Part shown: piece after piece, positions 1 to 7,750 of the stretch
Layout: each line of letters begins with the position of its first letter
Numbering within the stretch: position 1 is the stretch's first letter
Assembly: GCF_900116495.1 (NCBI RefSeq)
Contig: NZ_FPAY01000005.1
Location: 163,183-195,182, forward strand
Length of the DNA stretch: 32,000 nucleotides
DNA from: Arthrobacter sp. ov118
GTDB taxonomy: Bacteria; Actinomycetota; Actinomycetes; Actinomycetales; Micrococcaceae
Direction: 5' to 3'
Translations under genes and position numbers: made by a program
Notes under the pieces: generated by a model
Seen by the model: the letters and a program-made list of their open reading frames with translations, nothing else
What the model was told of the DNA's origin: nothing
Database searches by the model: none

Positions 1-903
1 TCGGAAGGGCTGTTTCGCCGTGCGATCATGCAGAGCGGCACCGCCGAACGGTTCAGGTCGACGCGGGAATCCGCTGCTGTGGCCCGGCAATTCCTGGGCC
101 ACTGCGGGTTGGAGGCGTCCCGGGCCGGCGATCTGCTGACCCTCCCCGCCGGCCGGCTATTAGAGGCCCAAAAATTGCTGGTCGATGCCGAGGCGGAGCG
201 CGACTTCGGTGTGCCGTTGCCGTTCAAGCCCACTGTGGGGACCCCCTCGTTGCCGGCCTGTCCTCTCGACGCGGTCCGCGAAGGGCGCAGCTCTGCAGTG
301 GACCTGCTGATTGGCACCAACCTCAATGAAGGATCGTTCGCTGTGGAAATGCGGCCTTCTTATCCCAACGACCCACCGCGCCTAGAAGATCGGGTTGGTC
401 TGCTGGTGGCCGCACGCTCGGCGCACCCTGCCGTGGCAGCAAGAGGATACGCCGCTGCTCTCACCGATTGCATGGACGTTGAACCAACGGGCAAGGAGCT
501 TATGGAAGCTTGCCTCGCGGACATACTTTACCGCCAGCCCAGCAACCGGCTTTTGGATGCCCGGGTCTCCGCTGCCGGAAATAGCTTCAGCTACCTATTC
601 GCCTGGGCCACACCAGCCTTGGATGGCAGGCTCGGCGCCTGCCACACTCTCGAGGTACCGTTCGTTTTCCGGCACCTGGACGGCCAGCAGGCTCGCTTCC
701 TGGTGGGACAGAACCCGCCGAAAGGATTGAGCGACAACATAAGCTCCGCATGGGCGGCCTTCGCTCGGAACGGAATACCATCAGCACCGGGGCTGCCGCG
801 CTGGCCCGCGTACGGACCTGAGCGAAAAACGATGGTTTTGGACGTCGTGTCCCGTGTGGAGCTGGATCCCCGCAGCAACCTGCGTCGCTTTTGGCAAGCC
901 TGA
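1..903 (+). CDS. Carboxylesterase/lipase family (type B, PnbA-like) protein, C-terminal part; 5' end outside window
   Basis: Frame 1 is open from base 1 (SEGLFRRAIMQSG precedes the listed ATG at 28). It shows a GLFxRAIxQSG-type motif and a C-terminal GACHTLEVPFVF catalytic-His region typical of type-B carboxylesterases. Confidence 0.8.
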   Translation, partial: SEGLFRRAIMQSGTAERFRSTRESAAVARQFLGHCGLEASRAGDLLTLPAGRLLEAQKLLVDAEAERDFGVPLPFKPTVGTPSLPACPLDAVREGRSSAVDLLIGTNLNEGSFAVEMRPSYPNDPPRLEDRVGLLVAARSAHPAVAARGYAAALTDCMDVEPTGKELMEACLADILYRQPSNRLLDARVSAAGNSFSYLFAWATPALDGRLGACHTLEVPFVFRHLDGQQARFLVGQNPPKGLSDNISSAWAAFARNGIPSAPGLPRWPAYGPERKTMVLDVVSRVELDPRSNLRRFWQA

Positions 904-1044
904 AGGCTCGCTTCCTGAGACACTCCATGACCGTCAAACACTGGCGCACCCGTTCGGAGATCGGTTTAAGGGGCACCCAGAATGACATTTGGCGCTGTAA
1001 ATACACCGCCACGTCGGCGCATGACTGCAATCGAAAGTCATGTC

Positions 1045-1073
1045 ACATAGGACTCGTGTCAGCAGAAAGAGGC
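1045..1073 (+). repeat. Copy A of a short direct repeat (ACATAGGACTCGTG-TCAGCAGAAAGAGGC)
   Basis: Matches 11470-11514 at 28 of 29 aligned positions. Copy B carries a 16-nt insertion whose last 7 nt duplicate ACTCGTG. Confidence 0.6.
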
Positions 1074-1215
1074 GGCTGACTTCGATTCGGTGTTCTTCGC
1101 CCGCAGGGCTGTCTGGCCATTCATGGCCCGAGGCCGGAGGCCAGCTTGCTGGCGAAACTCCCTGTCGCACGTCCACGGAAACATTCAAATGCGCGCGGGC
1201 ACCTAACGGCCCTCT

Positions 1216-1255
1216 TTGACAATATTTCTGAGTGCACTCACAATTGAGTTAACTC
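1216..1255 (+). promoter_or_regulatory. Candidate sigma-70-type promoter (TTGACA, 17-nt spacer, CACAAT) overlapped by nested TGAGT/ACTCA palindromes
   Basis: TTGACA lies at 1216-1221 and CACAAT at 1239-1244, 50 nt upstream of the ATG at 1295. The string TGAGTgcACTCAcaatTGAGTtaACTC (1229-1255) contains the perfect palindromes TGAGTGCACTCA and GAGTTAACTC. Its core CACTCA-N4-TGAGT recurs at 5151-5166. Confidence 0.45.
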
Positions 1256-1294
1256 GTTTTTAGTCTATCGCGCGTCACAGAGGAGCAGCACGCC

Positions 1295-2293
1295 ATGAGG
1301 GCATTCGTCGTTACCAAGTACAGGGAGCCGCTGCGCGCAGCAGACGTCCCCGAGCCGACCGTCGGCGACCGAGATGTGCTGGTCCAAGTCCAGGCAGCTG
1401 GACTCAACCAATTGGACGAAAAGATCCGCCTGGGTGAGTTCAAGCAGATCCTCCCGTACAAGCTCCAGCTGATCCTCGGGAACGATGTCGCCGGCACAGT
1501 CATCCGCGTCGGGCCGAAGGTGCGCGGATTCAAGCCCGGTGACGAGGTCTACGCCCGCCCCGACAAAGACCGCATCGGCACGTTCGCCGAGCGCATCGCC
1601 ATCACCGAGGCGGATCTGGCACTGAAACCCGCATCGATCAGCATGGAGGAGGCCGGCTCGCTACCGCTGGTGGCACTTACGGCGTGGCAGGCCCTCGTTG
1701 AGCAAGGCAACGTGCGGCCGGGGCAGAAAGTTCTCATTCACGCCGGGGCCGGCGGGGTTGGGTCGATCGCGATCCAACTCGCCAAGCACCTCGGCGCCAC
1801 CGTCGCGACCACCGCAAGTGCCTCCAATGCCGACTTCGTGCGAGACCTCGGCGCGAACACGGTGATCGACTATCGCACGCAGGACTTCGAGCAGTACATC
1901 ACCGGGTACGATCTGGTGCTCGACAGCCTCGGCGGGGAGAACCTCGTGAAGTCACTGCGCATCCTGAAGCCCGGCGGGAAGGCGATCGGAATCGCCGGAC
2001 CGCCGGACCCGGCCTTCGCGCGCAAAGCCGGCCTGAACCCTGTGCTGCGCCTGGCCGTCGCGGGGCTCAGCAGCAGGATCCGGTGGCAGGCGAAGAAGCT
2101 CGGCGTCAGCTACGAGTTCCTCTTCATGCGTGCCAGCGGCGACCAGTTGCGCCAGATCACCGCCCTGGTTGACGACGGCGTGCTGCGCCCGGTCGTGGGA
2201 CAGGTCTTCGACTTCGCCCAGACCCCACAGGCGCTCGAGTCGCTGGCCAAGGGCGGCATCCGCGGCAAAGCCGTCGTCACCCTTCCCTCCTGA
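1295..2293 (+). CDS. NAD(P)H-dependent MDR-family oxidoreductase (quinone oxidoreductase-like, zinc-independent type)
   Basis: 332-aa ORF with an HAGAGGVGSIAIQLAK Rossmann motif and a GroES-like N-terminus. GAGGAG lies upstream of the ATG. Confidence 0.85.
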   Translation: MRAFVVTKYREPLRAADVPEPTVGDRDVLVQVQAAGLNQLDEKIRLGEFKQILPYKLQLILGNDVAGTVIRVGPKVRGFKPGDEVYARPDKDRIGTFAERIAITEADLALKPASISMEEAGSLPLVALTAWQALVEQGNVRPGQKVLIHAGAGGVGSIAIQLAKHLGATVATTASASNADFVRDLGANTVIDYRTQDFEQYITGYDLVLDSLGGENLVKSLRILKPGGKAIGIAGPPDPAFARKAGLNPVLRLAVAGLSSRIRWQAKKLGVSYEFLFMRASGDQLRQITALVDDGVLRPVVGQVFDFAQTPQALESLAKGGIRGKAVVTLPS

Positions 2294-2340
2294 GCCGCCA
2301 GCAGCCTTTCACCTCACAGACCACTCAGGAAGACAACCAG

Positions 2341-2904
2341 CATGAGCAGCTTCGACACTCCGAACGGCGCTGCCGTCACCTCGTACGCGCAAGCGGCGCA
2401 CCATCACCGCCGGTGGCGTCACCTACGCCTACCGTGAGCTGGGGCCCAAGGCCGGCATCGCGCCTCCACCGGGCAGGTTCCCGACAGCATCGAGGCAACG
2501 GCTGGGACGTCCTCCGCGCGACCCTGACGCGCGCGGACCCTAAGGAGTTCCTGTTCTTCAACCGCAACGCGACCGGCAAGCCCGCCGCGAAGGCGTTCAT
2601 CAAGCGCCTGCAGGAGCGCACGGCCGACCGCGACAAGCCGGTCAGCACCAAAGCCTTCCAGACGCAGTTGAAGGCAATCCAGAAGTTCGGCCGCTCCGCG
2701 CCGTCGGACCTGTCGAAGCTCACCAACCCCACCCTCATGGCCAACGGCGACAACGACCGCATGGTGCCGTCGATGCTGTCCGAGGACCTGCACCGGCGCA
2801 TCAAGGGATCCGAGCTGATCATCTACCCCGACTCGGGGCACGGCGGGATCTTCCAGTTCCACGACCGATTCTCCCCCGTCGCCGTAGAATTCCTCACCCA
2901 CTGA
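2341..2904 (+). pseudogene. Decayed alpha/beta-hydrolase (frameshifted N-terminus, core with nucleophile elbow missing)
   Basis: The C-terminal 110 aa (2413 frame) carry the cap region and the MANGDNDRMVP...IYPDSGHGGIFQ Asp/His end of an alpha/beta hydrolase. The typical N-terminus (ITAGGVTYAYRELGPKAGI) is in another frame and stops after about 60 codons. No GxSxG segment is present, and the total span of 564 nt compares with about 830 nt expected. Confidence 0.55.
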
Positions 2905-2951
2905 CCAGCACGTACTGACAAGATTCCGCCAACAGAGCAGAAAGGCACTGT

Positions 2952-2987
2952 GGCCCTGCCCGCCCGTGAATACGGGCGGGCAGGGCC
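2952..2987. terminator. Perfect 15-bp stem / 6-nt loop hairpin between convergent genes
   Basis: GGCCCTGCCCGCCCG-tgaata-CGGGCGGGCAGGGCC. There is no U-tract, which is common in actinobacterial terminators. Its function is inferred. Confidence 0.55.
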
Positions 2988-3127
2988 ATGGCGTGGGGCC
3001 TCGTTGCGCTGCAGCTGGTGATCACCCCGGCGTGTCAGGCCGACCCCGGATCCACCGATTTTCAGACACCCCCACCCGTTCCGTCGTCTCTTGGGCATCG
3101 TGGGCCGCGGCGCCCTTTGGCAGGGAT

Positions 3128-3166
3128 GGTGCCACCGCGCTCACTGTTGGTGAACGCGGTGGCACC
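3128..3166 (-). terminator. 12-bp perfect stem hairpin just downstream of the SDR stop codon
   Basis: GGTGCCACCGCG-15 nt-CGCGGTGGCACC lies 11 nt beyond the stop at 3177 on the minus strand. Confidence 0.5.
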
Positions 3167-3176
3167 GGTTGTTCGC

Positions 3177-3890
3177 TTATGCGTTCGTGTCCACCAACTG
3201 CGGGTAGACCGCTTCGAGGGGTGCGCTGAGTCCGGCCTTGAGCTGGACAGACGTGTCGTCGGCGAGGACCTCGTACTCCCCCGCCTCCATGGCCTCGAAT
3301 ACGGTGCGCACCAGCACGGCCGGGTCGAGCTTCGGGTCAGTGGCGTGCGCGGCCATCGCGGTGTCGACGTATGCGACGTGGACGCCGACGACGTGCACGC
3401 CGGCGGGAGCGAGTTCGAGGCGGAGGGAGTTAGTCGCAGACCAGAGGGCGGCTTTGGTGGCGCTGTAGATGCCAGCGACGGCGTACCAGCTCAGGGCCGA
3501 GTGGATGTCGATGATCGTCGCTTCGTCCTTTGCTGACAGGACCGGAGCGAATGCGCGGGCTACGAAGAGGGGACCGAGGAAGTTCGTCTCGACGTTGCTG
3601 CGGATTTCCTCGTCCGTGTGGGTGAGGACCCCGGGGCTGGGGACCGACGCGCCGGCGTTGTTGATCAGCACAGTCACATCCGGTGCTGCCTCGACCGCTG
3701 CCTGGATGGAGGCCGAGTCGGTGATGTCCAGGGCGAGCGGAACGATGCGCTCGTCGTTCCAAGTGCGGGGTGTGCGGGCGGTGGCGTACACCTTTGCGGC
3801 TCCCCTGGCGAGGGCTTCGTGCACGAACTGCGTGCCGATCCCGCCGTTGGCTCCGGTGATGAGGACGACAGCTCCGTTGAGTGAGGGCAT
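3177..3890 (-). CDS. Short-chain dehydrogenase/reductase (SDR) family oxidoreductase
   Basis: 237-aa ORF with TGANGGIG cofactor motif, NNAG, and YSATK catalytic Tyr/Lys. It sits 67 nt downstream of the OYE gene on the same strand. Confidence 0.85.
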   Translation of the reverse strand: MPSLNGAVVLITGANGGIGTQFVHEALARGAAKVYATARTPRTWNDERIVPLALDITDSASIQAAVEAAPDVTVLINNAGASVPSPGVLTHTDEEIRSNVETNFLGPLFVARAFAPVLSAKDEATIIDIHSALSWYAVAGIYSATKAALWSATNSLRLELAPAGVHVVGVHVAYVDTAMAAHATDPKLDPAVLVRTVFEAMEAGEYEVLADDTSVQLKAGLSAPLEAVYPQLVDTNA

Positions 3891-3957
3891 TAGCGTTTCT
3901 TCTTTCTTGTCGGTGCGGGGTATGTAAGGTCGGTGGCGGACGGCTCGCGGCAGACGA

Positions 3958-5031
3958 TTAGGCGTGTGCCAGAGTGGGGTAGTCGATATACCCGGCCGCG
4001 CCGCCGCCGTACAGGGTGGCCAGGTCTAGCTCGTTAAGCGCTGCGCCGGTGCGCAGGCGCTCGACAATGTCGGGATTCGCTAGGGCGAATCGGCCGAGCG
4101 GCGCGATGTCCGCAAGTCCGGCGTCGATGTCGTCGGCGATTTGCTCGCGGTCGCGCCCGTACCGGACGACGAGGATGGCCGCAGGCCATGCGTCGCGGAA
4201 GGACCGCAGCAGTTCATCGTCACCGATGTGGTGTACGTGCAGGTATGCAAGGTCCAGTGTGGCGAGTTCGCCGACCAGGTGGCGGTACTGTGCCCGGACG
4301 TCGGCGGGGTCCCCTTCGTTGATTCCGCCGAGCGGGAACGCCGGTGAGATGCGGATTCCGGTCCGGCCTGCGCCGATCTCGTCTGCTACCGCGCGGGCGA
4401 CATCGACGACGAACCGGGACCGGTTCTCCACGGATCCGCCGTATTCGTCCATGCGGTGGTTCGAGTTCGGCGAGAGGAACTGGTGGAGCAGGTACCCGTT
4501 CGCGCTGTGGATCTCCACGCCGTCCGCTCCTGCTGCGATAGCGGAGGCTGCGGCGTGGCGGAACCCGGCGATAGTTGCCTGGATGTCTTCGGCAGCCAAC
4601 TCACGCGGCACGGGAGTCTTCTGCGGGCCCGTTGGAGTGAACATGTCCTGATCGGCCGAGATCGCCGACGGGCCAACTGGCTGGCGGTGGTGCGCGGTGT
4701 TATCCGGGTGCGCCATCCGGCCGACGTGCATCAGTTGGATGAACAGTGCCCCGCCGCCTGCGTGCACCGCATCGGCGACCTTTCGCCATCCCTCGATGTG
4801 TTCGGGGGTGTAGATGCCGGGGGTGTTCAGATAGCCCTGGCCGTCCTCGGACGGCTGTGTGCCCTCGGTGATAATCAGCCCGAGTGAGGCACGCTGGCCG
4901 TAGTACTCCGCGGCCAGCTCGCCAGGGGTGCCGTCAGGGTTCGCCCGGCTCCGGGTCAGCGGGGCCAGCGCGAGCCGGTGCGGCAGCTCCACACTGCCGA
5001 GGGTGAATGGTTGCCAGAGGGAGGAAGTCAT
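3958..5031 (-). CDS. Old Yellow Enzyme family NADH:flavin oxidoreductase / alkene reductase (NemA-like)
   Basis: The ORF matches the OYE family throughout (LAPLTRSRA, GVEIHSANGYLLHQFL, NxRxDEYGGS). The start was moved to the ATG at 5031 (MTSSLWQPF) because AAAGGA lies 8 nt upstream. The listed upstream extension (MFRPARWW...) looks non-coding. Confidence 0.85.
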   Translation of the reverse strand: MTSSLWQPFTLGSVELPHRLALAPLTRSRANPDGTPGELAAEYYGQRASLGLIITEGTQPSEDGQGYLNTPGIYTPEHIEGWRKVADAVHAGGGALFIQLMHVGRMAHPDNTAHHRQPVGPSAISADQDMFTPTGPQKTPVPRELAAEDIQATIAGFRHAAASAIAAGADGVEIHSANGYLLHQFLSPNSNHRMDEYGGSVENRSRFVVDVARAVADEIGAGRTGIRISPAFPLGGINEGDPADVRAQYRHLVGELATLDLAYLHVHHIGDDELLRSFRDAWPAAILVVRYGRDREQIADDIDAGLADIAPLGRFALANPDIVERLRTGAALNELDLATLYGGGAAGYIDYPTLAHA

Positions 5032-5145
5032 GCGTGCGATCCTTTGGGTGGTTGGGTAATAGCGCCACCACCGTGCCGGGCGGAACACTGGGGTTGGGCC
5101 CTTGCATGGGAGAATGAAAGAAGAAAATTCAAACCCACACAGTAG

Positions 5146-5173
5146 TGACTACACTCATAACTGAGTGCAGTCA
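5146..5173. promoter_or_regulatory. Candidate TetR operator: 12-4-12 inverted repeat in the tetR/OYE divergent intergenic region
   Basis: TGACTACACTCA-taac-TGAGTGCAGTCA has one mismatch between arms. It is centred 40 nt upstream of the TetR ATG at 5200. Confidence 0.55.
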
Positions 5174-5199
5174 GAATCTATTCCGGAGGATCCATCACC

Positions 5200-5802
5200 A
5201 TGTCTCTCGCCTCCCAGCCGGTCGGACGGCGCGAGCGGAACAAGCAGCAAAAGCTGGACCGCATCACTGCCGCGGCCAGCGAGCTGTTGGCCGCGCACGG
5301 CATCGAGGACGTCACGACCCAGCAGATCGCCGACAAAGCGGACATCGGCACCGGGACCCTCTTCCTGTACGCCAAGACCAAAGGCGAACTCCTCCTCCTC
5401 GTGCAGAACGCCCACTACGCCGAAGCGCTCCAGCGGGGTCGGGCGGATGCCGAAACCATATCGGATGTCCTCGATGCGGTGCTGGCCATCGTGCGGCCGA
5501 TCGTGGAATGCAACCGCGTCCAGGTCGACAACGGACGCACTTACCTGCGGGAGATGGTCTTCGGCGATCCCGCGGAGCCCCGACACGCTGAAGCTCTGTC
5601 CATCGTCGCGCAGACCGAGGAGGCCATCGCTGCCGTCCTGGGCAGGCAGCCGCTGGTCGGGGCGGATGATGCCGCTACGACGGCCCGCATCATCAGCGCC
5701 ATCATGTTCCTCAGCATGGCGGCGAGCGTGAACGCCGGATTGAGCATCGACGAGATTGTGCAGGATATCCGGACCCAGGTGGGCGTGCTGCTGTCTCGCT
5801 GA
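5200..5802 (+). CDS. TetR/AcrR family transcriptional regulator
   Basis: 200-aa ORF with an N-terminal TetR HTH (ITAAASELLAAHGIEDVTTQQIADKADIGTGTLFLYAKTKGEL). GGAGGA lies upstream, and the gene is divergent from the OYE-SDR operon. Confidence 0.85.
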   Translation: MSLASQPVGRRERNKQQKLDRITAAASELLAAHGIEDVTTQQIADKADIGTGTLFLYAKTKGELLLLVQNAHYAEALQRGRADAETISDVLDAVLAIVRPIVECNRVQVDNGRTYLREMVFGDPAEPRHAEALSIVAQTEEAIAAVLGRQPLVGADDAATTARIISAIMFLSMAASVNAGLSIDEIVQDIRTQVGVLLSR

Positions 5803-6082
5803 CGCCTCCGGCAAGACCTTCGACGAAATTCGGCCGCCTGATGCAGGCCTCTTCGGTGCCCCTACATCATCTTTACGGCGAATTCCGGTGCCATCATCGC
5901 CGGCGCGCTGCCCTGGATCGCCACCCGCGGTCCGGCGAAAACCGGAGTGCTGAGCCCTTTAGCGTCCCCTAAGGCGGCCACACACCCTAGTTTCTGCTAG
6001 GAAAAGCCTTGCGGGCACGCGCAAGGGAGTACAACCGGGTACTGGCTCTTCTTTCGAACCGTACGGACGGGTGCTAGACCTG

Positions 6083-7588
6083 TTATCTCGGGATTGTGAT
6101 GCCTAGCCTGGCGATGCGCCGGTAGATGGTCGCCCTGCTGATGCCCAGTTCTGTTGCCGCCCCGCTTACCGTTGCCCCCGGCGTGGAGAGACACCTGACG
6201 ATTTCGTCACGTTCGACAGATTCAATCCGGCTCAGCTGTAGACGGCGCCCTCCCAGGAGGTAAGAGGGTAGATGGCTGATGTCGATGGTCTCTGTCTGGG
6301 CAGCGGCGGCATGGATGACGGTGAAGAGTTCGTCGATGTTTTCCGGCCAACCGTGGGCCATTAGTGCTTTTTCCGCGGCGGTCGTAAAGTCAATTTCTCT
6401 CAAACGGGTTTGGCGGGCCGCGTACCTAGCCAAGTGCAGAATATCGTCGCCACGTTCGCGCAGTGCCGGAGTGGAAACCACCGTGTCTACCATGCCTGCC
6501 AAAGGAAGCGGGATGTCGTCGAGCCTTGCGGCTGTGACCGCCCATGCGAACATCGGTGCGTTTCCGCTATGGGACACAGGAAGCGACCGAACTGCGCGGA
6601 CGGCCTGGGAATGGAGTTCTTGCGCTGCCCACGCAGGCAACAGGTCTACGTTCTCGACGATAACAGCGGTTGCTGGCTTGGCCAGTTCGGGGGTCCACAG
6701 TGACAGCCAAGCCTCGACGTCACCAGGGGCGGGCACGGCAGCTGAGAGGATGCGACTCCCCGGGTGAACCTGCCGCATTGCCTGTGCCAGCAGCGTCGCG
6801 CGCCCCGTACCCTGCTCCCCTACGGCGGCAACAACCCGTCCGGCAGCCAGGGCGTGAGTCGCCTGATCTAGGGCGTTTGTCCAGGCTGACGACATCCTGC
6901 GCACTGTTCCGGCCGCCGGTTCGAGTTTGCCCCTCTGGATGCGGAAGACGCCGCCCTTTGGTCCGGCCTTTTCCTTGCGGCCCTGTGACCTTGCGAGCAT
7001 CAGGGCGGAGGTGTTGCCGGCCGCTGATTCAGCCAACGCCAGCAGCAGTTGCGGGGACGAGCGGGACCATGTGGTGATGTTGACGCTGCCTTCCAGCAAT
7101 CCACTGACCGGATCGAAGACCGGGACCGCAGCGCAGGTGTAGGTCCGGAGGCTGGCGCTGTAGTGTTCTTCGGCCCGAACAAGGGTCGGGGTACGGTCAG
7201 CCAGCGCGAGCCCCATCCCGTTGGTCCCTGCATCTCGTTCGGAAAACGCGAATCCTGGCGCCAAGTGAACCTTATCGAGTGCCCGTAAGAGGGACGTGTC
7301 TCCGCTGAGCCTGTTCAGGAGCAAGCCCTCGGCATCGGTGAGCATGAGGCTGAGGGGCTCGTTCTCCAGAGTGCTGTAGAGACCAGTGAGCACTTCCTGG
7401 CCGCACTGGAAAAACAGAGAGTCGGTCTCTGCGGAGCCTGCCCACATCGGGTCCACTTCTTCTGGTGAGACCCCGTATTCCTCGCTTCGCTGCCAAGAAG
7501 CGAGCAGGCGCTTGGCAGGAATGGCGAGCTGGCCCGCTTTAGGGTTTTGGGCCAGGTTATCAAGCCTCTTTCCCTTGTTCGGCGTCAT
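6083..7588 (-). CDS. GAF-domain / degenerate AAA+ / Fis-type HTH regulator (AcoR/MimR-like, enhancer-binding-protein architecture)
   Basis: The N-terminal AcoR-like sensory region (SWQRSEEYGVSPE, GTNGMGLALA) is followed by a central P-loop-like GEQGTGRAT and a C-terminal Fis HTH (AATELGISRATIYRRIARLGI). The start is placed at the second ATG (7588) because AGGAGG at 7600-7595 sits 6 nt upstream of it. Confidence 0.75.
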   Translation of the reverse strand: MTPNKGKRLDNLAQNPKAGQLAIPAKRLLASWQRSEEYGVSPEEVDPMWAGSAETDSLFFQCGQEVLTGLYSTLENEPLSLMLTDAEGLLLNRLSGDTSLLRALDKVHLAPGFAFSERDAGTNGMGLALADRTPTLVRAEEHYSASLRTYTCAAVPVFDPVSGLLEGSVNITTWSRSSPQLLLALAESAAGNTSALMLARSQGRKEKAGPKGGVFRIQRGKLEPAAGTVRRMSSAWTNALDQATHALAAGRVVAAVGEQGTGRATLLAQAMRQVHPGSRILSAAVPAPGDVEAWLSLWTPELAKPATAVIVENVDLLPAWAAQELHSQAVRAVRSLPVSHSGNAPMFAWAVTAARLDDIPLPLAGMVDTVVSTPALRERGDDILHLARYAARQTRLREIDFTTAAEKALMAHGWPENIDELFTVIHAAAAQTETIDISHLPSYLLGGRRLQLSRIESVERDEIVRCLSTPGATVSGAATELGISRATIYRRIARLGITIPR

Positions 7589-7652
7589 CGCCGTCCTCCT
7601 CATTTCGATAATTCGAGGTTACTGCGTCCTCCCCTCCCCGGCTGAGGAGAAC

Positions 7653-7667
7653 CGTCTCAAAATGAGA
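7653..7667. promoter_or_regulatory. Perfect 6-3-6 palindrome GTCTCA-aaa-TGAGAC in the regulator/operon divergent intergenic region
   Basis: Seen directly in the sequence. A TTGACA at 7680-7685 and a TAGCCT at 7701-7706 lie just downstream, with a short 15-nt spacer. A role as regulator-binding site is inferred. Confidence 0.35.
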
Positions 7668-7750
7668 CACAGACCACATGTTGACAGCTGTTCCCTCGGC
7701 CTAGCCTCGATGGTGTCGCGACTACGGCAGTTGCGAGAAGGAGACCAGAC

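Noticed and set aside
5870-5999. A hydrophobic frame (PYIIFTANSGAIIAGALPWIATRGPAKTGVLSPL...) downstream of the TetR gene, considered as a membrane-protein fragment or the missing N-terminus of the truncated gene at 10690.
   Set aside because: It has no in-frame start codon after the preceding TGA. It is too short, and its later part does not resemble the expected continuation. It cannot be supported as a gene or pseudogene.
7604-7750. A sigma-54 (-24 GG / -12 GC) promoter upstream of the amidohydrolase operon, expected from the regulator architecture.
   Set aside because: No TGGCAC-N5-TTGC-like or GG-N10-GC arrangement is found on the plus strand. Only sigma-70-like hexamers are present.
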